From assembly GCA_051362555.1 (NCBI GenBank), contig CM120640.1, positions 19,220,001-19,284,000 of the forward strand: 64,000 nt of DNA, in the 5' to 3' direction. Both the position numbers and the translations under genes were made by a program. The stretch's first letter is position 1; every line of letters starts with the position of its first letter. This document shows positions 13,221 to 27,032 of the stretch, piece by piece. This DNA comes from Lingula anatina (taxonomy: Eukaryota > Animalia > Brachiopoda). Below the pieces are notes generated by a model. The model had not been told where the DNA came from, did not search any database, and saw only the letters and a program-made list of their open reading frames with translations.

Positions 13221-16200
13221 TTAGCCCAGAAAAATTAAGTGAGAGAGCACTATCGACCCTAATTTTTGAAAAATTAGTTTTTTTGGCATATAATATTTTT
13301 TCAAATGGAAAAAGGCATTCCCATTAGTTTTAATAAGTATGCCTTCATTGGAAACTTTTAATACCGACTCCTTAGGCTACTAACTTCAGGAAAAAACTTT
13401 CTTCCTCTAAATTATTATTTGAAGACAGTGCACAATTGAGTGATATAAATAATTTTAAACAAGGACACTTTTACTATTAAAGTATATCATAAAGTACGCT
13501 AGGGCTAGGGTCTACATTATATGTATGTCACGTGAGCTATCAGAAAATGAGACAGCAGTTCACATGGGGTTTTAGTTGTCTTAAATTGTCTGTTCTTATA
13601 TCTCCAATGTATTTGGCAACCCTTTTTAAATGATGAAAGGAGAAATTTTGCTCAAAATGACAATATCAAGTTGAAAGAAATAGCAAGAGATGCATGTAAC
13701 AGTTCGCATGACTTACAACGAGTGGATAAAGTGCACATGCCTAAAAACTACAAGTTGAAATCAAGCTTAAAGGTTCTCACATGCCATCTTTAGGTATACA
13801 ACTCTAAAGAGTTATGAGCAATAGGGCTGTTTATTATAGGATTCTTCACGACTCCCGAAGATTTCGTCAGTTAGGCCTATATTTTGTACGTCAAAACCCC
13901 ACACGGTGTGACTTTTTAATAATTAAAATGTCACTTTATTTCGCCATGCAGTCAATGGCCGTATCCCCCTTTTTTTCCCCTCAAAAATCAGTATCACAAG
14001 CAAAAAGATACAAATTAAAATTATAAATAAGAAGTTTTATTCTCTCTCCCCCCTCCCTCACCCATCAGTGACCCTAAGCAAGATCCTAGATCCGCCACTG
14101 TGCAGTGACGCAATAGAAATGGGATAAGCCTGTGCATGTATAGAAATACTTGGAACGTAAGCTCTACGCGCAAAAAAAAAAAAAAAAGCGTTTATAACGT
14201 TTTATTCTTTCTCTAGTAATCTTTTTATGGTACCAGGGTCTGCAGTTGAAAGCCTACGTAATATTGGTACTGTACCCTTTGTTTTTTCATTCTAATAGCA
14301 AAGCGAATTTGATTATGTAGCTGTAGGAAAGATTACATGCATTATACGAATGATGTGTGGGAATTCATGTCCAATTTATCGACTTTTTACCACTGTAAAT
14401 TGTTCTTTAATTATTTTAAAAAGGCAATTCCCTACCACCCTTCTTTTATTTTAATCATTTTTCCTTCTTTCTAATCAACCCCGAATGTAGACAGCAAGGA
14501 TATTAGCGGTTTTGTATCAGTAGCTATGTACATTATGAAAAAGAGCATACAAATTTGATTCGTTGATCGATAAGAACTTAATTCTATAATCTCAAGTTTC
14601 TGATCCAAAAGTGCGTTTTGGGAGTTGATGATGTTATAGAATGCAACTTCTGATTTCCCAGTACCACCTCCACTTACTTCTGGGTTCTGTTAATGTTGAT
14701 TTTTTTTCACCCAATTGCTCGCTGATTCCCTTTATCTATGTTCGTGTGTATATTTATTTGTTGATTTGTTAGTTTTTAATTCTAAGTTGTTTGCTTATCG
14801 TCAGGGTTTGCTTTTGTAAATGTACCTACGTGGGAAAAAGATAAAAACGTGTTGTGCATACTGCTTACGTTATTCACGTAACTGCGTCCAATGTATCTGC
14901 AAAAAAGGGGAATTTTAATATCCTCCAGAACCCAACCGAGATAAGACCCTGCGGCAAGAATACATTCAATCTGCGTAACATTGCAAGTACCAAGCTATAT
15001 TTTCTTCTCTGAGAGATATTATCTGATTTTCATACTGTGTTATGGAGGTTTCTTACTTCAAAAAGATACAACCCGTGAAGAAAAGTACACGGAACTCGAC
15101 ACATAATGTTCTATTTATATACAATGGGCAATAGCCAATATCTTCTATTTCTTAGACCATAAATTTAACTGCTTGGAATTTCATCGACCTGCTGGGAAGG
15201 CTGTGTTTCATGATGATGGTTTTGGTTTGTTTTCTCAGACAGAGCGCGCCCTCTGTGGCCTTGATGTCTGTAGATGTTGTAAAAAACGACCCAGATCATT
15301 CACAAGTCTCAAATGTCCATTCAAATTCCACCGCTGCTTTAAGCTGGTATAATACGAACAATTTCCTAATCGTTCTAACAGGTCCCTCGTGTTTTTTGAG
15401 AGGCTTTTTTATGGAAATATTAGAAAAATTGTGAAATAATTTCTAAATCAGCTTAAATTAGTGGGTTTTGTTATTATATTATCCTCCTTTTTTGTTGTAA
15501 TAAATAAAACAACTTGAAAAACAATTCAATTAATCTCTTTAGTAAATATTTACATCACTTCAAAGGGACCATCTTTGAGGGGGAGGATCGCTAATATGAA
15601 AATGTATGATCTCCTTCAAGTATTTTCTACACTTACATGTTAGTGGCTGTTATTTAGGAATAGGTGTGTTGCCTGTGTAAGTGGCGTCCTGCAGGGTAAG
15701 GGGATGTTCCGCATTGCCAGCCATGGCTTTGAGGTTTTGCACTCAGATCACCTACCTGATAGCTTACAGTAGGTGATGCAGAATAACAGCATCAAAATAA
15801 AGAGGGACGATAGAAAAGAAGTGAGAAGGAGAGAAAGGGAGACAGGTGGGGAGGAAAGAAAAGAGGAGCTAGAGGCTTTGTTGGGGAGAAAAGTCGAGGG
15901 TTTGTTAAAGGGGGGGAGGAAAGAGAGAAGAGGAATGGAATAATAGATAGAAAAGAGGGAGCATAAAGAGAGGGGGTAGCATAACTTAAATGTGAAATGC
16001 CTATTGCTACCCCTGTATAGGAGACAGGTAGCATTAAGTGCAAATTATTTCCCGCACAGATCTCCCTATATTAATGATAGCCGCTGTGGCAACAGACGCA
16101 AAGGGCAGTTGTAATGGCTGAACATGGCGGGGAGGATGGTTGGGGGCTTGGTGTTACAATGTTTTTACTGGAAAACACAGCGTGTCATCAATAATAACTA

Positions 16201-19200
16201 CTTAAAAGAGATGTAAGCAGATATGATAGTCGTTTTGGCAAGAAAAGACTTCCTATATCTTAGTACGCCAATGAGCTTTCGTTAAGATTTCCTCCCAGGG
16301 CAGTTTCTGTAATCCTCCTCTCTAGTGTGCGTGTTTTTTATTTTGCGTATCAGAGTTAGGTGTTTGATGTCTCGTAAACCCCATGCTGTACCATATAAAC
16401 TTTGCAGAGCGGTGTAAGAACCACCTGGTAGGCCAGCTCTGCTAAGGTGCTTAGGGAATTACGTTAACACGCACCCTTCCTCAACTTTTAAACGTTTCTG
16501 ACAGATACTTTTTACAAGAAAATTTGCGTTGAAATTCCATATTCACGGCATGAACTTTTTTTCATGATGAACCTAACTACTAGCATACACTGAGACACAT
16601 GCGTACCACCTTTTAGTAAAATCCGTGGCGCACGTGAGCCACTATTGTTTCCTTCCCTATCTGCTGCTTGCCGTCAGTTTTCATTTATTTCTACAAATGA
16701 AGATCAAAGAGAGCAGCGTATGCTATCCCGTGCATTCTGTGCGCCTACACTCGACTCCGAGGATTTGGTTCAACCAGGTGGTGCACTAAAACCCCTGGAT
16801 GTAGCTACTAGAGTCCAGCCCTTACTTCGTGTGCAGTGAGTCCGTCGAGGTGGGCCCCGTTACTGTGAGAAAAAAACATGCCATTGATAAAGGGTGCCCA
16901 GTACGCAGTATTATGCAATAATGAAACTTTACATCCATTCTGCTTTCTTATAAAATTCCAGTTTTATAGTATGTGATACAGTGATTCCTCTCAACTAATT
17001 TTTATGTGCAGGTTCGATGGGTTTTGAAATAAAGTCCCTAAATGCCCGTTTTGTCAATCCGGAGAGAACCCCATTGATTTTACATCTCTGAACCTGGAAA
17101 TTGGACATTTTTTTTTCGAGAAACCGTAGACGTAACAAGCGGGAAATGTGCTTCATCAACTCCGACGTGATCAAACAGGGTTAATTCGATAACGCAAGTT
17201 TGACGTCGGGTTAGTATCTTGTTGCAGTATTATATCAATGTACTTATCTTTTCCATAATGATGGAAACGATAATGCGCTAAAACCCAGTAATAATGAGTA
17301 CCTGAGTGAACTTGCAGAGTACCTGGACTTTAATTCTGGGGCATAGGCCTACCGGAAAATTGAGTTGTTTTCTAGCATGAAATAACATGCTTTCCATTTC
17401 AAACCTGCTGGGAAACCCTTGCTTTATCGTTTTTCTGGATGGCGATTTTATGTCCAGATGCGACAGACATTGGGTGAAGCCCATCAAGAGCATATTACTA
17501 CTACTACAGACCGAGGTTACTGGCCTTTTTCACGGGCTTGTGGTTTTCCTACAATGTCTTTTGGAAAATTTGCCTATAATATCTGCCACCCTGGTAGATG
17601 GTAGCAATACACAGCTGTACTTTAGGGCGTTGCGTTGATATTGATACCGAAGTTTCACTATGAAAATATCTGAGGAAATTAATTTCTTTGTTAATTTTTG
17701 CAAGACTTTTTATTGTGTCTTTTTGTAATTACTGAAAGAATACATTTAGACGGTGCACCTCATTGACAATTACCTACAAAATAATAATGTCTGCTTTGAA
17801 AAATCTGCTTTTAACCACCTAAATATAAAAGTAGTAGGGTTTGATTGAAGAACATAAATGATATAGGACTGGTGTAGTTTAACTCTTTTAACAATGATAA
17901 GATAATATCTGTGAATTATTCTTCTCTGTACAGTTCTTTTGTAACCGTGTAAGAGCCACTAAAAGTAGATGGCAACGTAATGTTAAAGAAAAGAAAAGTG
18001 AGACAGATTGCGCAGGTCCACTTTTGTAAATTGGTTTTGCTGTTAACACCCGATGAAATTGTTTCTTGTCACTTGACGCAAACTAGTGTTACGGGTGGCT
18101 GAGTGACAAGCTTTCGATAACTACCCTGACAAATGTGTGCTAGACCTTGAAAACAATACATTAAGCACGTTTCTTAAGTTTTGATAAATAACAAGTAACT
18201 CGATCTTTTTTATTCCGGGCAAGGGAGGAGGCACGTATTGTCTTACTCTAGAGGCTGAAAGCGACGATTTAGAACCCGAAAAATGATGCATACTGAATTC
18301 GCGTGTAGACAGGCATGAGTCTCAGGCCTTACTGCGAAGTTCCAGTTATTAATAGGGCTTCTCGAAATTGGACAGGTGGCCACATTGAGGGTCAAATTAT
18401 GCGGTTTTAACTGGTATTAGAATACCAGGATTGATCACTTATTTATGGTTCTACTTTACCCGCCCCATTATCAATACAGGCTGAAATTCCCAAACATAAG
18501 CATCGATCTGCGATGCCATGTTACTTGTCTGAATCCAATCAAGTGTACACGAGGTTTTTAGTGAAAAGCCTTATCTGAAGGATTTCACACTCGTCTCGAA
18601 TATCCAAATTTGATTTATAGAACGCATTGTGTGAGAAACTTGACTTCTGGTTAAATTTTCTCAATATATCAGATGAGATTAATATCTCTATTGTTCCAAT
18701 CAACACGTGTGTTTGACCCTTTTTTAAAGTACAAAAACTACAAGGTCACTTCACGCCAATCACTTTTGGAAGCTGACAAAAATGAAACAGACACCCAAGA
18801 ACAGTGGTCCATTATCTTTCACCCATTGTTGCTGACACAGATTTACGAGTGTTCGTATTGACGGATTTTGCACTCTAGTCTCGATAACAAATCGTGTTTT
18901 ATGTGACTTTGCACTATATTTAGCTCACCTTTAAAATGATTGTGAACTTATCGGGTTAACACAGTGTATTGAATGAATTGTAAAGTTCCTCTGTCGATCA
19001 TGATACCATCTAACCATTTGAAGAATTCGAGTCAAAGAAAAACATGATGATACTACGAACCACCGGACTTGGGCTGCTTTTGCCAAGATTTTTATGCCCT
19101 GATACAGAATCAATTTAGTATTCTATTTCCCTCGTGGTGCTCTCGATATTTAACACGCTTAGGTACATGTATACATGTATAGCAACATCCGAAATCTTCT

Positions 19201-19247
19201 AATGGAGTGTCCGGTTGTGGTTTTATATAGTAGGACCCTACCCTCTA

Positions 19248-19380
19248 CTACCCTCTACCAGGGCCGCAGTTATTATTCTGTGGACATTTTTGACAGTACA
19301 TAGATTAGCCATCTATTTAACCAGAGACATATCTCTTAATATCTAGCGAAAAATCAATCTGTGGGCCTGGTAGAGGGTAG
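19248..19380. mobile_element. ~133-bp MITE-like element with 22-bp terminal inverted repeats
   Basis: CTACCCTCTACCAGGGCCGCAG ... CTGTGGGCCTGGTAGAGGGTAG (20/22 match). The left terminus CTACCCTCTA is duplicated just upstream. Confidence 0.7.
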
Positions 19381-19406
19381 TTTTATAGTACATAAAATTT
19401 GTGCAC

Positions 19407-19408
<2 letters not shown>

Positions 19409-19446
<38 letters not shown>
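19409..19446. repeat. (GA)n microsatellite
   Basis: About 18 GA units. Confidence 0.95.
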
Positions 19447-19449
<3 letters not shown>

Positions 19450-22399
19450 CAGAATAATTCATTTGATCTTTTTCTTAGAATCTTTTTCTTCTTTTTCAAG
19501 AAGGGCCGTTTCTAAGTCACGTTGACCCATTATCTGATCAGAAAACAAACGTTCTTTGAACACGCCCATCCGAGTAACGTAGCTTACAATTGGATGTTAT
19601 CCCATTGATTAAATAAACAAGATGGATTAAACTGATTTCTTATCTTTAAATTGCCTTGTATCGATTAATTAAGTCTAAGCGACTTCTTTTCTCGGTTTCA
19701 TAAAGTTAAGAAATAGGCCTCTTGTATATATGGTTTGGCTTAAATTACATTCATACACTCATTTGTGTTTTTTTCCTGAACCCTTCCTCGTCACGTGTTT
19801 TGAATAATAAAACATATTAGATACATCCGTACGTAACAATTGAGGACTTAATTTACACGAGACCACAGACTCGTTTTACAAATTGGTGTATCAAAATTAC
19901 TTTTCCGTCACTTTCACGGCAAACTTAGTCGCAGACAAGGACCGCTTAGAGAACACAAATTCAACTGATTACTTGTCGTGGCAATATCATGCGATACTAC
20001 TGTTTCAATGTGTGTGTTCTCAGGGTTGCCTTACAATCATCTAGTGTTCTTGATGGAAACCGTTATGAAGTCGACTCAGTAGACGCTCTCAATCTGCTTA
20101 ATAAAAACACCGCGCCGAATTGACTGCATAGATAAGTTTTTTTAGTTTAGTTTGATGATGTCAGAAGCATTGAATAACGTAAGTGACGTTTTCTATATAC
20201 TTTTTCATTTGATGTGTGCACATGTGATTAAACTATGTTAAGATACTCCGATCTTTATCTCTAAAATGCATATGTAAACATTCAGATAAAAAGACAAGCA
20301 TTTATGTCCACGAATTCCTGCTTGCAGAGTTAACTGAAAATTAATTTTACAGAATTTGACGTTGAATTTAAACTAGTTTACAATCCCGGAAGAGTTCAAT
20401 ATTTCATTTCGTATGACAAGTTGTAAAAAGTTTAAGAAGTTGTTCTGCGTTCCAGATCAGAAAGATCTGTATAGGAAAATAGGCCCTGGTTGTTCTGTGC
20501 CCAGGAATTTTTGAACTTAGGGGCGGCGCGACCGGATTTTGCTCCTTGATTAATGAGAGGTTCGTTTTAAGAGCTACCAAAACTTCATGGCAGAGTTAAC
20601 TAGATCCCAGGATAATCAGGAAAAAGTTGAAAAAAGGTCAATTGTCGACTTTTCTTGTGAGATTTCAGAAATACGCCTGCATCAAAATAAATTATCATTC
20701 TCAGGGGATCAAACTTTAGTAAACAAACGACTTTAACAAGCTCTAATATTTCAAAACACTATCTATCAGAACGCGTGAGAAAAGACGCAGCGGGTCACAT
20801 GAAAGTTCTGTCGCGTCCCTGTGACGTAGGTCATGCGTATTCCTTACTTATTGTTTATTTGTAAAAATAAAATTAATTAACTGTTAGACGACATTTTGGG
20901 TCTTCAGTAAAAAAAAAGAAAATAAATGACTTCTGGATGATGCTGTAAGTCGCAAGTCATAAAAGACAAGGAAGGTGGATGATAAATAGGGGACTTACGA
21001 ATATGTCCATTTTCAAAGTTAAACAAAAGTTAAATTTTAATTGTGCATGTCTTGTAAAACAAAGGAAATAAGTGATCGATTATGATTTCTCTTTGTGAGC
21101 ACGTTTTTCCCCTGGATATTGTCCCAAAATTAGTTCCACGGAAGCTAACAGGGCGGCAAACTGAGCGACACCATCTCTGTCACGTGTATGAATCCATCTA
21201 TCCATCTACAAGTTTAGGAGTGGGAAAAGTAAGTCTCACGTACTAAATCGGTAAAGTATGGTCAGATTTAACCCGCTCCCTGAACATTCTATAAAAGTAT
21301 AACATTATTTTTATTGCATTGTGTTCTGAGAAGGTAGGCCTATGTCCAATAATACGGAAACAGCGTGTTGGTCATTTTAGAAACAGGGATAGTGTGGCTT
21401 AAAATATACTCACTGATAATTCTCGGACCAGTCACACCGGGTGACGTTCTAACTGGACAAGCTGGAATGACAGTAGCAGCTGAGTCGGAAGACTTTCTAG
21501 GTGACGCGAACAACAAACACTAACCACAAAAAATGATGTATGCCGCTTCACGCACATTTACCACCCAACACAGTACTAGTCATACACAACGCTAACGTAA
21601 AGCGGGTGTAAACGAACATATTCCCCTAACAACGCTTGATCGCACCGTTACCTCAGTCTAAACTTAAAACGCTGATTTCTGGGAGGGCTCACATAACAGA
21701 CCCATTTTTCGTTCCCATGTTCTTTATCTGTCTGAGAGTACATTAACCAGTGGGAATATATTGCTTTCAATGCTACACTATTGTGAATTTATTGTTTTAA
21801 ATAGAATATCTGCCTAACCTAGAAAATAATATTTCTAAAGGGGATTTGTTTTTATGATTTAAAAATCTCGTCACTTGAAAATTTCGCAATGAACGTATAG
21901 AAGGAGAAAAAGCCCTAAAGCTTCTTTGTCTTGTATCGTTAACGTTTATAACTGTCTTTCTAGCAACCCTGAGGGGTGTTTTGATGCTCATTAATTGTGT
22001 GCTTAGTTGCTCAGTAAAAGTGATTTTTGCACTAGAAAAGACATCACCAGAGCTTAAAACATTTGTGAAGTCTGCGTCCAAAACTAGATTTTGTCCTGTT
22101 TTTAAGAGTACTCAATCTGTCGGTCGTTAAAAGGCTTAAAAGCAGTTTGGAATTTCGTTCATTGAACATTCGTATGACAGAGTAAAGAAAAAAATTGCAT
22201 CAAATAAAACATTTGGGCGATTTGGGTGAAATAAACTTTGTTTTATGTTCTTCAGACAATGGATGCACTGCTGAAGCAATAAAGTAATCTTGTTTTAAAG
22301 TCAAATGCAAAAATGAATGTGCCCTCTAACTTAACTAGAAAAACTTACACTTCTCCAAATCTATGTATCTGTAGTACTACGAACTTGGCTGTTTTTTTC

Positions 22400-22580
22400 T
22401 CTATTGGTTGTGCCCCTTCCGGGTCTAGCCAATCAGCGTTCCCGTAATTTGATGTATGACAGACTGCTTGTTGCTCGATGAATGATGTAGTAAGTGCGAG
22501 GTGACAAATCCAATCATACTGAACAGATGAGGGCCTACCAGGGTATAAATAAGCAGCAAGAACTTCAAGCACCTCAGTCG
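22400..22580 (+). promoter_or_regulatory. TATA/CCAAT core promoter of the spondin-2-like gene
   Basis: ATTGG (~22403), GCCAATCAG (~22428), TCCAATCA (~22510), TATAAATA (22544-22551) and an Inr-like TCAGTC ~30 bp downstream (22574). Confidence 0.7.
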
Positions 22581-22689
22581 ATCGAAAGATACTAACCTGG
22601 AAACATCCCAGAGAAAGGAGCAGATCCAGACTAGACGATATTTATTCTACTCTTAGCAAGACTTCGCCTCAGTGACTGAGCAACGCAAC

Positions 22690-25600
22690 ATGCAAGCAGT
22701 AGCAGCAATCGCCGTTTTTCTATGTATTTCGAGTTTCACAGTTTTTGCAAAGCCTACCCCAGGGAAGACACCAGAAGAAAAATGCAGGGCAAAAGGTGTA
22801 GCGGTTTACAGTGTAACATTCCAGGCAAAGTGGAACAAGAAGCTTTTTCCTAAGATGTTTCCACTTTACAGACCTCCCGCTCAGTGGTCAAAACTCATTG
22901 GTGAGTATTTGTCATAAACTGATTATTATATTATTATATATATCGTATTATATTAGTAGTAATCTAGAAACCTTGCTCAATTTTATCCATATCCGCAAGA
23001 CAAAGTAATATACGTTTCATGGTATTCCTAGACTTCATTACAAGGGTGTTCCTTATTAAAAGGTGCCTAACTGTGCGCCAATTTCTGAACCTTCGTTGCT
23101 GGAAAAAGTTTTGTGATAGTTAAGTATTGAAATGGGTTTCTAAATCAGATGGGCTTTGAAAAGAAAATGAAATGCTTTGCCGCCCAGATTTACATTGTAA
23201 ATCTAAGTTGGATGCGTGATATCACTGCTTGAATATAATACTAATAGTATATTAATAGTTTGTGGTTGAAAAACCTGGCAAACTTAGCATTTCGACGTCA
23301 CATTTGTAAAGCTTCTGACTGTGTAACACGATTCTCCATGCGGCAGTTAAGTGAGACACTTGTCGGTAGACAGAACAATTGTACGATACGGTTGTGTAGC
23401 GAGTGTCAATGAAAGTCGTGTTCCTGCTGTTGATGGCTCATTGTCTCTAGGCATGTTTAACGATTTATGGCTTAAACGACCGTAGTATTACAACTGAAAT
23501 CTTTCCGGTTGTCGTGCCGAACAAAAACGCTGGGTGAAAAGGAGTAAGATAACATCGACACTCGATATGCACTAAGAAGCTGATACGGGTAGAAAACGGT
23601 ATCGCAGTTACGCTCGGAATAAAGCCTCCCATTCACATAACATTGTGCCAATCTCCACTCAAGGCAGTACAGAAAAAATGACGCTTTTTATGGCAAAATT
23701 TAATCTAAATTTTTGAATGGACGAGGAGCCGGAACCGCAAACTAAGTTCTGCCTAAATACAATTGGTCTGAAAGGTAGACATGTCAGCGTATAGTTCGTT
23801 ATCTCTTTTCCAAATTTGCTCATTGAAATTATTGTATAGACCTACGCATTACCTAATTCCGACCATCAAAGCGCATTGCCAAAGAACGTGGATGCTGTTG
23901 GTGAAAAAAACTATTACTTTGTACACAGAGTACTGTAAACAATGTTGTATTGTCATGTGCCGCAAGTGTAAAGGAAATAAATTGATATCTGCTGTTGGTG
24001 CCTAATTTTTTACCAGCAGTCCTCTTAATGTAGCCTGGAGGCTAGGGATAGAACAACGGCAGCAGTTGTATAATCCGTCACACCTGTAATACCTGTTAGT
24101 CGACTATATTGGTTTTCCATAACTCTTGAACTCGTTCAACTGCACGCTGATTCCTGCAAGCGAGTGGAAAGTAGAAAAAAAGACCGATCAATCATGTGGG
24201 CAAAATAACCGAGTAATGTAATATGTGCACTGTTGATGGGTATTAAGCGTTTATTGATGTTGTAACAGATGCTCTTGGAATGTTGTTAAATTTTCGTCTG
24301 GCAGCAGTTATCTGCCTCTTTAAGTACATTTCCCTCTTTTTAACCATCATTTTCTTCTTTAGATTTTTGTTTCTTTCGAAGGTTTTTCTCAAAGTTTCCC
24401 TATTTACAGGTCGCAGCCATGACTCAAAATACTCTCTCTGGACACAAGGAAAATATGCTAGCAAAGCTGTCAAAGAGTTCGCAAAGACGGGCCGCACCAT
24501 GCAGTTTGACCAAGAAGCACAGGGATTCAACGGGATCTTTGATGTGTTCAATGGACCAAGAATCCAAAAGGGACACGGCATCTCTGTTACAAAGTTTTAC
24601 GCAGATCCAATGCATCCTAAGGTAATTTAAAGCAAAATCATTCAACAATAAAGCAGTTACCATGAACACAGATGACGCACACACACCTAGCCGTCTGTGC
24701 ATTCACTAATTAAACCAGCTTGACTTAACCCTAGACCGATGGTTTCCAGAAGTCAGTTGGGAGGTATATTATGGGCGTTCATTAAAGAACAATTGGGATG
24801 TTTTAATCTAATTTGCTATCCAAAATATTGCATTTATGAAAGGGAAACCTGTTTCGTGTGTGAATCTGAATTGCGCAGCGGCACGTCATAATGAACGTAT
24901 GCAGAAGGGCGTATTAGCTGAGTCAGCGCTCTGTACAAACGCTTTATAATTTCACATCATTTGAGCCTTTGCAGACGGCATGTGCATTGTTAAAGTCCTA
25001 ACCTGGTCCAGCCCTGGTCGAAAACATGAGAAGTATAAGTAATGCTGAAAACCATGTTCGACGAAACCCGAGTTCAATGACTCATGTTAGCACTTCTGAA
25101 AAGCTTGTTTTCCGATGTCTAAGTTGTGACGGCATGAAACGTCGCTGAAACGTCCGTTTTGAAAACTTACAACTTAAACGAGTGAACCATAACCATCCAA
25201 CAGGCGAATGTCGTCTGCGAAATTGCAACGTAATTTCCGAACTAAACGTTGTTGCTTTATGTTTATCGTTCTTTTTGGCTGCAAAATTAACTGGTTGAAT
25301 TGCTCTCTTTGTTCACATAAAACGAACGAGTGGGATTCATATATTTGAGGAAACATTAATATATATGGTATTGTTGGAGAGGTGGCAAAGGGGGGAGGGG
25401 GTGAAGGGGGAGGCCAATTTTAAGGAAATTGCTGCGATATACGGCCCTGGTCAGAGACAAGTGATAACATAATGTTATGGTTTCTTTACATGCCATTGAG
25501 GCCGTTTGTTGTTTCAAATGGGATTGATGTTCGCTGTTGGAATTCTTTCCAAGCAGATGGACAGGGTCTGAATTTTTGATTTAAGTTGTTACGTCAAATC

Positions 25601-27032
25601 GTTCTCATGCTCGAAACATCAAACATTCCCGTCATGCCATTTTTTTGTTTGGAAAGTCAAACATTCTACAACATGCCGTCATAGCAACTCTTAACTGACT
25701 GCCCTAGCCTGTCGTTGCCACACACGGAACACGTGCCGTAAAGCGAAATTCCATGTTGAAATTTCTGATTTACGGAAAGTAGAAAAGTTTTGTCTACGGC
25801 CATATGCTTAAAAAGTTTCTCAATCTGTTCCCACCAACATTCTCCAACACAACACAGAGTGAACGTGCACCACTCTGGCAACTAAGGAATCTGCAATTGA
25901 TGTTGTTTGAATATTTGTTGATGATTTAACCATATAAATCACAGGATGTATAACAATTCCTTGCAATAATGCCTCAAGACAGATGTTCATAATAAAAAAA
26001 CAACTATCAGGGAATGCAAGTGATGGTTATCCAATTTTAAAAAGCTTGAAAATCGCGATGTTACTGTCGAAAATTAATTGTGCTTTTTATCACTATAAGA
26101 AAATTTATTTCTGACTAAAATGACTTATTTTGCATTCAGGTCTCCGCAATGGCGAAACTGATCCCAAGCCCGGATTGGTTCGTTGGAGTCGACAGCATAA
26201 ATCTGTGCCAGAACGGAGAGTGGATCACCGACGTGAAAGTGGACCTGGACCCGATGGACGCCGGTGTTGATAGGGGGTTTACCTTTACCTCCCCGGACTG
26301 GCCAGAAAACGAGAAGATCTTTCGCATCACCTCAAAGTACCCAAACCACCCGGCCAATCCATTCTTCTATCCCCGTTTGGCGAAACTACCTCACATTGGC
26401 CATCTCATCTTCAAAAGAGTCCGTGTGTACGATGATGGGGAAGTGGCAAAAGATGCAATGGATGAGGATAACGCAGGTGGAAATGTTGACGACAGTGTTG
26501 ACTATTATGATGATGATGTGGAGGACGAAGAGCATGAGGATGAGAGCCATGGCAACGACTTAGACGCAATGGATGCTGACAAATCTCAGTGTACGTATTT
26601 ATCTCAAAGCAAATTAAAAAAAAAATTAGTGCACGCTGTTTGGTCTCAGACTGGGTTTAATTGGAAGATCTATCATAGCAAAATGAAACATTTTAAGTAA
26701 AAAATATTATCACGTGGATATTTCTCTGTCACTCTGTCACTTTTAATCTTATTAAATTTTTATTTTCAAAAAATGATTGAAAATAGAAAATAACAAGGAT
26801 GCATTGGCTTATCTTTACAGTTACTCCTCTGGATTGTATTGTGTCTGACTGGGGTGCCTGGAGCGGCTGTAGTAAGACCTGCGGCTTTGGAAAACGCACG
26901 CGTCACAGGGTAGTCGTCCAGGAGCGCCAAAATGGTGGTCACACCTGCCCAATTCTGAAAGAGGAAGAGACATGTGGCAGCATGCGTACTTGTAAGTGGA
27001 ATCACTTCAGGTTCAAGGGGTTTGGACTCTAA
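22690..27032 (+). CDS. SPON2: Spondin-2/mindin-like secreted protein (signal peptide, Spondin_N domain, acidic linker, one TSP1 repeat), ~361 aa
   Basis: Exons 22690-22900, 24410-24621, 26140-26590 and 26821-27032 are in phase (1086 nt). Signal peptide MQAVAAIAVFLCISSFTVFA. Spondin_N motifs FPKMFPLYRPPAQWSKLIGRSH, KLIPSPDWFVGVDSINLC, DAGVDRGFTFTSP and PNHPANPFFYPRL. TSP1 motif DCIVSDWGAWSGCSKTCGFGKRTRHR...CPILKEEETC. No reelin domain, so SPON2-like rather than SPON1. Confidence 0.9.

Noticed and set aside
25040-25160. GACGAAAC / GAAACGTCG motifs suggesting a hammerhead ribozyme or Penelope end
   Set aside because: There is no CUGANGA core with a proper stem II upstream of GAAA.
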